This document shows, in pieces, positions 29,501 through 39,325 of a DNA stretch of 64,000 bases. Location of the stretch: the NCBI GenBank assembly GCA_963718445.1, contig CAVQZI010000001.1, positions 1,706,522 to 1,770,521 of the forward strand, in the 5' to 3' direction. The notes under the pieces were generated by a model that made no database searches, was not told the DNA's origin, and was given only the letters and a program-made list of their open reading frames with translations. Origin of the DNA: an uncultured Acidobacteriaceae bacterium (GTDB taxonomy: Bacteria > Acidobacteriota > Terriglobia > Terriglobales > Acidobacteriaceae). How positions within the stretch are numbered: the first letter of the stretch is position 1; every line of letters begins with the position of its first letter. A program made the position numbers and the translations under genes.

Positions 29501-29745
29501 TGAAAACGTACTCCGCGCGACCCATCTGTAACAACGACTACTGCCGAGGCGATCCGGGCGCCACTCGCGTCCTCGATGACACCTTGCAACGACGTGGATC
29601 CGTCTTGCGAGCATGCGGGCTGGGGCAAGCTCAGGACCAAAATGCAGAAAGTGCAGAGCCGCACCAGAGATCCCAGACGGCCACGTAGCACCCGCGCCAC
29701 TTCGGGCAGAGTTCGCGTTCGGAACGCCCTGCGGGAAATCTCCAC
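26527..29745 (-). CDS. TonB-dependent receptor-like outer-membrane protein with N-terminal carboxypeptidase-regulatory-like domain
   Basis: Signal peptide. GVIEDASGARIASAVVVVTD...TDAQGSFNFGMLPPGRYDV. About 1000 aa of beta-rich sequence with a terminal aromatic residue (SLRVGF). Confidence 0.85.
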   Translation of the reverse strand: MEISRRAFRTRTLPEVARVLRGRLGSLVRLCTFCILVLSLPQPACSQDGSTSLQGVIEDASGARIASAVVVVTDGSRGVRFQTRTDAQGSFNFGMLPPGRYDVTASAPGMATKTSRGVELLVGGVSAVQLRLAPAAITQEITVVAPPVLLETQSGEISSVVTQQAIAGLPLNGRRFTDLALLSSDVVQDPRGLTSDSNGDLSVGGVRGFQNSFLVDGMDDNNSFFAQANGRYRAPYQFSNEVIKEFRIAKNSYSAEVGRSGGAVFNVATKSGSNQWHGSGFYYLRDSLFDAQQPYADTKPDDRQQQFGGSFGGPIRKDRIFLYAGFDQHLLTVPSIVQFGGGTMTVVPRVGDYDYLDRQLVFAAAQKLDSMGGTYPTNMQGNAGFAKLDFNLTPKQLAFVRVSTSMLTGINNVFFDPSSPLTGYAASANGTENVHTESVAAALISSWSNNLATNLRVQFSRDLQQSTTNSDQPWSRIYDLVNGFGGSSMLPRETRERKLHVAETLSYEHGRMHWKFGGDFIQAWIYNYYPYLFGGEYYFSDVKVNPFTFAPEKHGEPLTPLRAYAHDVPRYYMQDFGNAASNPNSRFYGAFVQNTVRVTEKFTLNLGLRYDLQTFEPGSLVSNPLYAPSGKVPTDLNNFSPRLGFAYSVGDHHPLVIRGGAGLFYMPIPAMYASQVVTENGLQQTEVRLDMMVPAQAALIPSYPNALVNCSGMTVCTAPKALAPYLTTNISAFSPNFQTPHTEQANVSAQRELGHGIIAGIGYEYVHGIHEIRSLDRNLPKPTITEYPVYNDTGSVFLGTYDVASFATWQTTPSVTCPYPPCINPVQRPDPRLGAINSYESESSSIYSGLSFLLKRQMNHGMYFQVGYTLASAKDDGPDALVIGRPGNVQNSYVPSLEWGPSVTQQRHRFVAAWVAEPKFKFDHGMLNALADHWKLSSVITAGSGRPVNATLAGDANGDGNIYNDRLPGYTRNAFLGPDYFSTDLRVTRVIKCGEHVTWNVAAESFNVFNRTNSRVQISDDGFYNSAGQFVAYTTTVKGKVYPGMFLVNSGFMTPTNAYAPRQVQFSLRVGF

Positions 29746-29914
29746 GTTCCTATCTTGAAAATACTAGATGGTTGTAGTCTGTGATTCAGGCCTACACGAA
29801 AGGTCAATTCCGAAGTGGGAAGCGATTGTACCTTCGTAAGGGTAGAGGTCCTTGACTGGCGTCTGTGATTTGTGGTGGTTTCTTGCCCGTCTAATGGGTC
29901 GTTGCTAGCTGCTC

Positions 29915-30628
29915 TTAATCCAGCCTTACCAGAAACACTCCGCCCTCTTTCACATGGGTTTTGCTGGCGACCTCTTCCGCTTTGCGCTTATCGTCGCCTT
30001 CCGGGCGGATACGCACCCACTCACCCGTCGGTCCGGTGAACTGGATGACATTGGCGTTTTCGTAATGGTCCTGCAGCGTCTCTTTGAGCCTGCGGGCCTC
30101 ACGTTCGCTATGAAACGCCCCAATCTGCACACACCAGCGTCCGCCCTGCGCGATCGGGGCGGGCGCCGATAACACTTCCAGCCTTACCTCGGCTGTACCT
30201 GGCCGCCACACATCAACTGCTTTGGCGGCTGCAAGAGAAAGATCGACAATGCGGTCTTCGACGAACGGTCCGCGATCGGTGATGCGCACCAGCGCCACAT
30301 GACCGGTGGTGAGGTTCGTGACGCGCACCATCGAGTTCAGCGGCAACGTGCGATGCGCTGCCGTCATTGCGTTCTGGTCATAGATCTCGCCATTGGCCCC
30401 GCGACGGTGATGGTATGGAGGCCCATACCAGCTCGCCAGACCGGTCTCAACATAGATCGGCTTCGCCTTGTTCGGAATCGCGGTGCTGCCGTTTTCAGCT
30501 GTCGCGGGCTCGGGAGCGATTGTGGGCGGAGGAGGAACGGGGTGGCTGCGCGCAGTCTTTCGCCCTCCGCATGCTGACAACAACAGCACCATAACCAGAA
30601 CGCTGGCGAGCGGGCGCTTCGCGGTTAT
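29915..30628 (-). CDS. rlpA: Septal-ring lytic transglycosylase RlpA-family lipoprotein (DPBB + SPOR), start codon uncertain
   Basis: GLASWYGPPYHHRRGANGEIYD...VRVTNLTTGHVALVRITDRGPF, a C-terminal SPOR-like WCVQIGAFHSEREARRLK, and lipobox LLSAC. Only an ATA at 30628 gives a normal signal peptide. Confidence 0.8.
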   Translation of the reverse strand: MTAKRPLASVLVMVLLLSACGGRKTARSHPVPPPPTIAPEPATAENGSTAIPNKAKPIYVETGLASWYGPPYHHRRGANGEIYDQNAMTAAHRTLPLNSMVRVTNLTTGHVALVRITDRGPFVEDRIVDLSLAAAKAVDVWRPGTAEVRLEVLSAPAPIAQGGRWCVQIGAFHSEREARRLKETLQDHYENANVIQFTGPTGEWVRIRPEGDDKRKAEEVASKTHVKEGGVFLVRLD

Positions 30629-30864
30629 CGCTTTTGTTGTTTGCTCGAGTCCATGTGATCGGCGGCCTTCGCCAGCTTCTCGGCGGCGATGCGCAGCGCC
30701 TTGGTCGAGCCCTCGCGAATGGAAGGCACCAATTCGTCGTTGATGTATTTGAGCAACAACTGGGTCTCTTCCTCGATACGCGTCGAGGCCTCGCCCAGCA
30801 TGTCGTCGAGCCGCTCCCCGGCCGTCTGGAAAGGACGGCGGGCGTTCTTGTTTTGCTCGTTCAC
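30625..30864 (-). CDS. Small conserved-looking hypothetical protein (helical)
   Basis: Non-repetitive helical sequence. GTG at 30864 preceded by AAGGTGG. Stop overlaps the putative rlpA start. Confidence 0.45.
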   Translation of the reverse strand: MNEQNKNARRPFQTAGERLDDMLGEASTRIEEETQLLLKYINDELVPSIREGSTKALRIAAEKLAKAADHMDSSKQQKR

Positions 30865-31057
30865 AGCAAGCCACCTTGTGAGTAGCGGAGAATCGTCCAG
30901 GCACGACAATTATGATGCGCGCAGAGAGCGCCGGTCAATTGGCGAGTAGGGTGCAGGAAAGCACTCAGCACGAGGCATGTAATTCAGCAGTCATGAGCCG
31001 CGGTCCGGATGCTGCCGAACTCGCTTTGCCGCAGAATAACCGTCCCTGATGCAGCCT

Positions 31058-31435
31058 CTACTTGCCGGCAGGTTTCGAGTCACGATGGTCCTTGGGCTGT
31101 GATTCCATTGCTTTCCGCTGTTCTTCCCGCTCGATTTGTCGGCGCAGCTCGTGGATCAGCACCGTCCACATCTGCGAATTCGTGCGTAGCAGAATCTGCA
31201 AGTTCTGGTCGCGCAGAAACTCCGTCTCGCTGCTCATGTTGAGGTTTAAGCTCTCTAGCCTGTTCAGATCGTTGCGCATTTCGGCCAGTGGATCGTTCGC
31301 TTCACCCGTGGGCTGCTGAATCGCAGGTTTTTCCTGCAGCGGAGCTGCCGCCGGACTCTGACCTACGCCAGTCGAGCTTTGCGCCATTAGTGCTGAGCTC
31401 AGCAACAACACACATCCAACCTCTTTCCGTATCAT
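31058..31435 (-). CDS. Secreted hypothetical protein
   Basis: Signal-like MIRKEVGCVLLLSSALMAQ followed by a helical charged region. No recognisable motif. Confidence 0.45.
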   Translation of the reverse strand: MIRKEVGCVLLLSSALMAQSSTGVGQSPAAAPLQEKPAIQQPTGEANDPLAEMRNDLNRLESLNLNMSSETEFLRDQNLQILLRTNSQMWTVLIHELRRQIEREEQRKAMESQPKDHRDSKPAGK

Positions 31436-31510
31436 TCCTCACCTCCCTGCGGTTCTCTGGCCGGCAGTCATTCAGTATGATCGCAGTTACCTTTCCTGAG
31501 GAGACGATCT

Positions 31511-32365
31511 GTGCACCGGACGACACTCGGCGACTTCGAACTCACCATTCTTTCCGATGGCAACTACTGGGCGGACGGTGGCGCGATGTTTGGCATCATC
31601 CCCCGCGTGATGTGGGAGAAGCGCATCTCTCCCGACGAGCGCAATACCATTGCGATGGGAACGAACTCTTTGTTGATTCGCACCGGCCGTCATAATGTGC
31701 TCGTCGACACCGGTATCGGAAGCAAGTTGAATGAGAAGATGCAGTCCATTCACCGCAACCAGGCTCTGCTATTGAAGAGCTTCGAAGCTGCCGGGGTCTC
31801 GCCTGACGAGATCGATATCGTCATCAACACCCACCTGCACTTCGACCATTGCGGCTGGAACACCTACTACGACCAGCATGGCAAGCCGGTGCCGACGTTC
31901 CCTCGCGCTACTTACTACGTGCAAAAGGGCGAAATGGAGCATGCTCACGAGCAGCACGAGCGCGACCGCGTCAGCTACATGACGAACAACTACGACCCCC
32001 TGCTCGCCAGCGGCCAGATGAAGCTGCTCGAAGGCGACACGGAGATCGTACCCGGCATCTCGGTGAAGGTTTATCCCGGGCATACCCGCGATCTTCAGGC
32101 GGTGATGATCCACAGCAACGGCAAAGTTGCGTCCTATCCCAGCGATCTGCTCTGCGACGCCAAGCACCTGGATCCAGTCTGGGTCTTAGGCTTCGACTTA
32201 TATCCGCTGGAAACGATCGCCAACAAGCACCGCTTTTACGAGCATGCGATTCCGCAAGACTGGCTGGTCATCTTCACTCACGATCACGAATTGCCCTGGG
32301 CTTACCTGGAAATGGGCGAAAGGGGACGGCCTGTGGTCCGGCACATCGGTCTAAAGGTGGACTGA
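31511..32365 (+). CDS. MBL-fold metallo-hydrolase
   Basis: NTHLHFDHCGWN (HxHxDH) plus downstream His/Asp ligands (YPGHTRD, FTHDH). Confidence 0.85.
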   Translation: MHRTTLGDFELTILSDGNYWADGGAMFGIIPRVMWEKRISPDERNTIAMGTNSLLIRTGRHNVLVDTGIGSKLNEKMQSIHRNQALLLKSFEAAGVSPDEIDIVINTHLHFDHCGWNTYYDQHGKPVPTFPRATYYVQKGEMEHAHEQHERDRVSYMTNNYDPLLASGQMKLLEGDTEIVPGISVKVYPGHTRDLQAVMIHSNGKVASYPSDLLCDAKHLDPVWVLGFDLYPLETIANKHRFYEHAIPQDWLVIFTHDHELPWAYLEMGERGRPVVRHIGLKVD

Positions 32366-32447
32366 CGCTCTACCGCTTAAGAGCCATTTACCTCTCGCTC
32401 GCTTGTTCCTACAATGTGGGACACTACATAATTTGGCGGAGGCGCAG

Positions 32448-32756
32448 ATGGGCAAGAAGGATAAGAGGGACAAGAAGAAGAACAAGCACCGCGACGAGCA
32501 GAGGAGTGCGCCTGAGGGCGGCAGCAAGGTCGATCTTCGAGCGGTTGAAATCCCGCCACGCCCCAAGCCACTGAAGCCCGCCGACATCCGCGCCTTGCGT
32601 GAGGAGTTGAATGCCAGCCAGGCGCTGTTCGCACGCTTGCTGAACGTCAGCTCCAATGCCGTCGAGAGCTGGGAGCAGGGCATTCGACAGCCGCGGCAAG
32701 CCACGCTCAAGCTACTACATGTTGCCCGCAAAAATCCCGAGGTGCTGCTGAGCTAA
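32448..32756 (+). CDS. XRE-family HTH protein, antitoxin-like (YiaG/MqsA-C-terminal type) with Lys-rich N-terminus
   Basis: IRALREELNASQALFARLLNVSSNAVESWEQGIRQPRQATLKLL helix-turn-helix pattern. ATG at 32448. Confidence 0.7.
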   Translation: MGKKDKRDKKKNKHRDEQRSAPEGGSKVDLRAVEIPPRPKPLKPADIRALREELNASQALFARLLNVSSNAVESWEQGIRQPRQATLKLLHVARKNPEVLLS

Positions 32757-32811
32757 GTTGAGGTTCGACTGGCTGTGGACAAGAATACCAAATCGCCTGC
32801 ATTCGCTGCCG

Positions 32812-33237
32812 CTAATGCGCAACCACCGTTTGCCCCGCCCGTCCAGCCACTTCCAAACGTACTTCTGCCCGGCGCTGCGCGAGTAATGTCGCCTCGTAGT
32901 CCAATTCCGGATCTTGCTTACGAAGCGCTTCATCGGCCCGCGCCTTCGCTTCCTGGGCGCGCTTCACGTCGATGTCCTCAGGACGCTCGGCCGAGTCCGC
33001 CAGGATCGTCACCTTGTCCGGCAGCACTTCGGCGAATCCCCACGACACCGCCAGATAGCTGGCCTTTCCGCCTTGCGTATAGCTGATTTCGCCGGGCCCC
33101 AGTTCGGTAAGAAGCGGAGCGTGTTGCGGCAGAATGCCGAGATATCCGCTGCGGCCGGGCATCTGTACCTGCTCGACGTTTTCGTCCACCAGTCGCTTCT
33201 CCGGCGTGACGACCTGTAAATGCAGCGTGTCGGCCAT
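32812..33237 (-). CDS. atpC: F1 ATP synthase epsilon subunit
   Basis: LHLQVVTPEKRLVDENVEQVQMPG..GYLGILPQHAPLLTEL. Confidence 0.95.
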   Translation of the reverse strand: MADTLHLQVVTPEKRLVDENVEQVQMPGRSGYLGILPQHAPLLTELGPGEISYTQGGKASYLAVSWGFAEVLPDKVTILADSAERPEDIDVKRAQEAKARADEALRKQDPELDYEATLLAQRRAEVRLEVAGRAGQTVVAH

Positions 33238-33246
33238 AGTTTTTCA

Positions 33247-33289
33247 CCGGGGTCCCGGGCCAGCGCCGTTTTTGCGCTGGCTGGGGTGT
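33247..33289 (+). repeat. 43-nt REP-like hairpin element, copy B (atpD-atpC spacer)
   Basis: CCGGGGTCCCGGGCCAGCGCCGTTTTTGCGCTGGCTGGGGTGT. About 35 of 43 positions are identical to copy A (hand count). Confidence 0.8.
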
Positions 33290-33292
33290 CTG

Positions 33293-34783
<1,491 letters not shown>

Positions 34784-34784
34784 T

Positions 34785-34804
34785 CAACCGACAACTGACA
34801 ACCG
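34785..34804 (-). repeat. GACAACY heptamer-word element (atpG-atpD spacer)
   Basis: CAACCGACAACTGACAACCG, the same words as the right arms of the mnmG insertions. Confidence 0.55.
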
Positions 34805-34806
34805 CT

Positions 34807-35844
34807 TTAAAGCGCCGCCGCCCCACTCACGATCTCAATAATCTCTTTGGTGATCGCCGCCTGCCGAACCCGGTTCATGGTCAGCGTCAGCGAGTCGATC
34901 ACGTCGTTGGCATTGTTGCTGGCCGAATCCATTGCGGTCATGCGGGCAGCGTTTTCGGCAGCCACTGACTCCAGCATCGCCTGATAAAGCTCCAGGATTA
35001 CGTATCGCGGCAAAATGCCTGCGAAGATTTGTTCCGGCGGCTGCTCGTAGATGTAATCCACATCCGGCGCCAGGAACTCCTTGGCCTTGCGCTCTTCCTC
35101 GCTCTCCGGCACCTCTTTCAGGCTAATGCCTGCCGCCCGGGCCGCCTCGCCCATGCGCTCCCTCTCCTCCACCGTGAACTCCTCCGCCAGCGCCACTTCG
35201 CGGCGGCCGATTTCCTGTACCGGCAAAATGCGTTGCGCGATAAGTCGCTGCGAGATTACCGACTTAAACTCGTTGTAGATGACGTACACCGAATCGATCT
35301 CGCCGTCCTTGTATGCCTGGATCACTCTCCCCACAATCTCAGCAACCCTGTCATATTCCAGTTTGCCGAGAAGATCGAGATGTTCGCCAACAATCTCAAT
35401 CTTGCCAGCGCGAGTCGTGCTGTCCGGAGGCCTCACCGGGTAACGGCGGCGCATGTAATCGCGGCCCTTGCGGCCAATCGCGGCGATACTGATGTTCTTG
35501 TCCTTGAAAGCTTCGATAAATTTCGCCGTCGCCTTCAGGACGTTTGAGTTGAAAGCACCTGCCAATCCGCGGTCGCCCGTAACCAGCACAAGCAACACGT
35601 TCTGCTCCGGCCGGTGCGCCAGCAGAGAATGCTTGGGCTCGCCCGTCTTCTCATCCACCAGATCGGCGCGCTCGATCAACGAGCGCAGCACCTGCGTAAT
35701 CATCAGCGCGTAAGGCCGCGACGCCAAAGCGCGCTCCTGCGCACGCCGCAACTTCGCTGCGGCCACCATCTTCATGGCTTTGGTGATCTGCCGCGTGTTC
35801 TTCACGCTGCGGATGCGCCGCCGGATGTCGCGTACGTTTGCCAT
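34807..35844 (-). CDS. atpG: F1 ATP synthase gamma subunit (about 50 aa longer than typical)
   Basis: MANVRDIRRRIRSVKNTRQITKAMKMVAAAKLRRAQ and a C-terminal RQAAITKEIIEIVSGAAAL. Confidence 0.95.
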   Translation of the reverse strand: MANVRDIRRRIRSVKNTRQITKAMKMVAAAKLRRAQERALASRPYALMITQVLRSLIERADLVDEKTGEPKHSLLAHRPEQNVLLVLVTGDRGLAGAFNSNVLKATAKFIEAFKDKNISIAAIGRKGRDYMRRRYPVRPPDSTTRAGKIEIVGEHLDLLGKLEYDRVAEIVGRVIQAYKDGEIDSVYVIYNEFKSVISQRLIAQRILPVQEIGRREVALAEEFTVEERERMGEAARAAGISLKEVPESEEERKAKEFLAPDVDYIYEQPPEQIFAGILPRYVILELYQAMLESVAAENAARMTAMDSASNNANDVIDSLTLTMNRVRQAAITKEIIEIVSGAAAL

Positions 35845-35850
35845 TCGTGG

Positions 35851-37437
35851 TTACGCGCTCGCCTTCGCCGCCGGTTGCCGCTCTGGCTGTTTTTGCTCAG
35901 CTGGTTGCGGCTTTGCCGGTTGATGTTCGCTGACGAACCGCTCCTTAAATTCCTTAATGACCTTTGTCATCGCGGCCCGGAGCTCGTCATCCAGCACCTT
36001 CTTCTCCTCGATTGCCCGCAAGACGGCAGCATTGGAGCTGTCAACGTATTCGTACAGGCCCTTTTCAAACTCGCGCAGCTGATCGACCGGCAGATCGTCC
36101 ACCAGGCCCTGCGTTCCAGCGAAGATGATAAGAATCTGTTTGGAGAAGGGAAGCGGCTGATATTGCCCCTGTTTCAACATCTCCGTCAGGCGTTGGCCGC
36201 GGGCAAGCTGGGCCTGGGTCGCTTTATCCAAGTCGCTGCCGAACTGCGAGAAGGCCGCCAGCTCGCGATATTGTGCGAGGTCGAGCCGCAACGTTCCGGC
36301 GACTTGGCGCATGGCCTTGATCTGCGCGTTCCCACCCACGCGGCTGACCGAGAGTCCCACATTCACCGCCGGGCGTACGCCTGAGTTGAACAAATCGGTT
36401 TCCAGATAAATCTGGCCATCCGTAATCGAGATGACGTTGGTCGGAATGTAAGCCGAGACGTCGCCCGCCTGCGTTTCGATGATGGGCAGCGCAGTCAAAG
36501 ACCCGCCTCCCAGATCGTTGCTCAGCTTGGCAGCGCGCTCCAGCAAACGCGAGTGCAAATAGAACACGTCACCGGGATAAGCTTCGCGTCCCGGTGGACG
36601 GCGCAGCAGCAGCGAAATCTCGCGGTAGGCTACCGCGTGCTTGGAAAGATCGTCGTAGATGCACAGCGCATGACGCTTGTTATCGCGGAAGTACTCGCCC
36701 ATGGCGCACGCTGCATAGGGAGCGATGTACTGCATCGGAGCAGGATCCGATGCCGACGCGGAGACGACGATGGTGTATTCCATCGCACCGTAATCCTCCA
36801 GCGTCTTCACCACCTGCGCCACCGACGAGCGCTTCTGACCGATTGCGCAGTAAATGCAGATCAGATCCCGACCCTTGCTGTTGATGATGGTATCCAGCGC
36901 AACCGCGGTCTTGCCGGTCTGGCGGTCGCCGATGATGAGCTCGCGCTGCCCGCGGCCGATCGGAATCATCGAGTCAATGGCCTTCAGTCCCGTCGCCATC
37001 GGCTCTTTCACCGGCTGGCGTTGAATGACACCAGGCGCCAGACGCTCCAGTTCGATGAACTGATCGGTGTTGATCGGGCCCTTGTCGTCGATGGGTTGGC
37101 CGAGCGAGTTCACCACTCGACCCACCAGCGCCTCGCCCACGGGAACGCTCATGATTCGGCCCGTGCGCTTCACCTCGTCGCCCTCTTCTACCTCGACGTA
37201 ATCGCCCATCAGCACCACGCCGACCTGATCTTCTTCCAGGTTCATGGCAATTCCGGCGACATCATGAGGGAAGGAGAGCAGCTCGCCGGCCATGACCTTT
37301 TCCAGGCCGTAGACGCGGGCGATGCCGTCGCCGATGGACATGACCGTGCCGACTTCGTCGACCGCGATCTTGGATTCGTAGTTGTCGATCTGCTGCCGGA
37401 GCAGCTGCGTGATCTCGTCTGCTTTAATCTGCGCCAT
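35851..37437 (-). CDS. atpA: F1 ATP synthase alpha subunit
   Basis: GDRQTGKTA Walker A and the alpha signature region. ATG at 37437 ([10 protein letters not shown]). C-terminal Pro/Gln/Lys-rich tail. Confidence 0.97.
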   Translation of the reverse strand: MAQIKADEITQLLRQQIDNYESKIAVDEVGTVMSIGDGIARVYGLEKVMAGELLSFPHDVAGIAMNLEEDQVGVVLMGDYVEVEEGDEVKRTGRIMSVPVGEALVGRVVNSLGQPIDDKGPINTDQFIELERLAPGVIQRQPVKEPMATGLKAIDSMIPIGRGQRELIIGDRQTGKTAVALDTIINSKGRDLICIYCAIGQKRSSVAQVVKTLEDYGAMEYTIVVSASASDPAPMQYIAPYAACAMGEYFRDNKRHALCIYDDLSKHAVAYREISLLLRRPPGREAYPGDVFYLHSRLLERAAKLSNDLGGGSLTALPIIETQAGDVSAYIPTNVISITDGQIYLETDLFNSGVRPAVNVGLSVSRVGGNAQIKAMRQVAGTLRLDLAQYRELAAFSQFGSDLDKATQAQLARGQRLTEMLKQGQYQPLPFSKQILIIFAGTQGLVDDLPVDQLREFEKGLYEYVDSSNAAVLRAIEEKKVLDDELRAAMTKVIKEFKERFVSEHQPAKPQPAEQKQPERQPAAKASA

Positions 37438-37496
37438 ATGATTTGTTCGGGTACATCCGGCCTTCAGGCCAGCGTCCACGCAATCTCAACAAAATT

Positions 37497-37540
37497 GTCA
37501 TCCCGAGCGCGCGCGGCTCGAAGCTGGCGGCTCGAAGCCG
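37497..37540 (+). repeat. GTCATCCCGAGCG word plus 2 x 14-bp tandem (GCGGCTCGAAGCYG) in atpH-atpA spacer
   Basis: Read directly. GGCCTTCAGGCC hairpin also present at 37459-37470. Confidence 0.6.
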
Positions 37541-38081
37541 TTAGGCCATGCTCAGCTCTTGCCGCATCTTCTCCAGTTGTCCGCGCACCGAGCCGTCGTA
37601 AATCGTGTCGCCAACGCGCACCACAACTCCCCCCAGCAACTCCGGGTTCGACACATAGCTTGCGCGAACTTTCTTGCCCGTCATGCGTTCCACACGCGAT
37701 TCCACCTCGCGCTGCTCTGGCGGCGAGAGCAGCCGCGCGCTCGACACCTGCACTTCCAGCAAATCCCAACTGCGCGTCGAGCTCGGTCTCGAACACACGC
37801 ACGATATCGTCCAGCATCTTGAGCCGGCGGTGATCGATAATCACGGCCATGAAGTTTCGGATCGGCTTCACCGCCCCGATTTGATCGGTGATCGCGTCGA
37901 GCACGGCCCGCTTCTGCTCGGGCAACACCGCAGGCGACTCCCAAACCCGCCGCAACTCCAGACTCTCGTGCACGGCGTCGACAAACGCTCTCAGCTGCTG
38001 ACGAGCAACATCGCCGTCGATCTTCTGCTCGAGTATGACTTCCACCAACGCACGGGCGTAACGACTCGCAACAGCTGCCAT
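37541..38081 (-). CDS. atpH: F1 ATP synthase delta (OSCP) subunit, interrupted by an apparent 1-nt frameshift
   Basis: N-terminal about 100 aa in one frame (MAAVASRYARALVEV...FETELDAQLG). C-terminal LLEVQVSSARLLS...LLGGVVVRVGDTIYDGSVRGQLEKM in the +1 frame. Confidence 0.85.
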
Positions 38082-38083
38082 GC

Positions 38084-38788
38084 TTAGCGCCCGTCCTTTC
38101 CGAGCTGCTCGACGAACTCATGCACTAGCGCATGGTCGGTGGGCTCGTCTACCTGAATTCGGCGTGCCGCGAGATCGACCGCCAGTGATGCTGCGTAGCC
38201 CTTCAGCTCGCGAAGCGCATTGCGGGAGAGGGCCTGGATCTCAGCCTCCGCGCCTTCGACGATCTTCTGTTTGTCCTGCTCCGCCGCCTGCCGGATGCGT
38301 TCCTCTTCCGCCGCGGCTTCGCGCTCCGCCGAGCTGCGAAGCTCTTCCACCTCGGAGTCCAGCTTGCTCAAGCGTGCTTCGATGTCGCTCAGGCGCCGCG
38401 TGGCGTCGGCGCTGGCAGCCTGTGCCTCCCGAATGCCTTTCTGAATCGTTGCCGTGCGTTCCCGAAAAGCCTGAGGCAATTTCGATTTCAGAAGCACCCA
38501 TAGGAAAAGCACGATGCCGGCAAAGTTCACCGCCAGCGAGATGGTGAACGATACCTTGGGTCCAATCCCTAGTTTCTGTCCCCACGTCTCGGCACTGTGG
38601 GCAGATTGCTCCGTCGTTTTTGTGAGAATTTGCGCGACGCCGGCGTTCGCATTGCCGGATTCTTCTGCGCTCGCCTGCTGGGTGTTCGCGGCGGAATGTT
38701 CCTTCGACTCCTGCGCAGCCGTCGCGCCGAGCAGGAGAAATGCCAGAAAACCAACAGCGACGAGACCTCTCAGGCGGGACTGGCTCAT
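38084..38788 (-). CDS. atpF: F0 ATP synthase subunit b (N-terminally extended)
   Basis: TM segment then a long charged coiled coil (RERTATIQKGIREAQAASADATRRLSDIEARL...). 4-nt overlap with b'. Confidence 0.85.
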   Translation of the reverse strand: MSQSRLRGLVAVGFLAFLLLGATAAQESKEHSAANTQQASAEESGNANAGVAQILTKTTEQSAHSAETWGQKLGIGPKVSFTISLAVNFAGIVLFLWVLLKSKLPQAFRERTATIQKGIREAQAASADATRRLSDIEARLSKLDSEVEELRSSAEREAAAEEERIRQAAEQDKQKIVEGAEAEIQALSRNALRELKGYAASLAVDLAARRIQVDEPTDHALVHEFVEQLGKDGR

Positions 38789-39258
38789 GCTGGACCGCCC
38801 AACTGAGGTGCTGCTGCGGCCGGCTTCAGGATGGTGCGGATGATCTCGGACGCCAGGCGCTCGGTTTCGCTTTGCAGGGTCGTCCGCGCCACGGCCATTT
38901 CCTGCTCGACGGCGGCGCGAGCGGCGCGGATCTGCTCCTGGGCGCGTCCACGCGCCTCGTCCAGCGCGCGCGTCCGCATCACCTGTGCCTGTTGACGGCG
39001 CGCTTCCTGCAGCTTAAAGATGGCGAGCCGCGCTTCGCGCAGCTTCTGCTCGTATTCCTGGGTACGGGCTTCGGCGGCGGCGATGTTCGCCCGCGCTTTT
39101 TGCAGTGCTCCCTCGGTGCGCTCACGGCGTTCGGCCAGCATTCGTTCCAGCGGCTTGCGGACTAGATTCTGGTAAATGGCGTAAAGCAACAGGAGCAGCA
39201 CGATCGTCGGAATGGCGTCGAGCAGTAATTGCCCTACTTGTCGGAGAGTCGTGTCCAT
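38785..39258 (-). CDS. atpF2: F0 ATP synthase subunit b'
   Basis: Single N-terminal TM (IPTIVLLLLLYAIY) followed by a b-type coiled coil. Confidence 0.8.
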   Translation of the reverse strand: MDTTLRQVGQLLLDAIPTIVLLLLLYAIYQNLVRKPLERMLAERRERTEGALQKARANIAAAEARTQEYEQKLREARLAIFKLQEARRQQAQVMRTRALDEARGRAQEQIRAARAAVEQEMAVARTTLQSETERLASEIIRTILKPAAAAPQLGGPA

Positions 39259-39325
39259 CCTTTGTCGTTGAGTCCTACCGCTTGAAGATACACTGAGGGC
39301 GCTAGCGATCTAACTGGAACTATTC

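Noticed and set aside
29746-29914. Possible Fur box or cobalamin riboswitch upstream of the TonB-dependent receptor
   Set aside because: No GATAATGATAATCATTATC-like 19-mer and no B12-box consensus were found.
30629-30904. N-terminal extension of the rlpA ORF to 30904
   Set aside because: Arg-rich. It overlaps the whole upstream small gene in another frame and would place about 95 non-homologous residues before the lipoprotein signal.
36553-37833. 426-aa ORF on the plus strand
   Set aside because: Entirely antisense to atpA/atpH, which have unambiguous motifs. Arg/Ala/His-rich composition typical of shadow ORFs in high-GC DNA. No recognisable motif.
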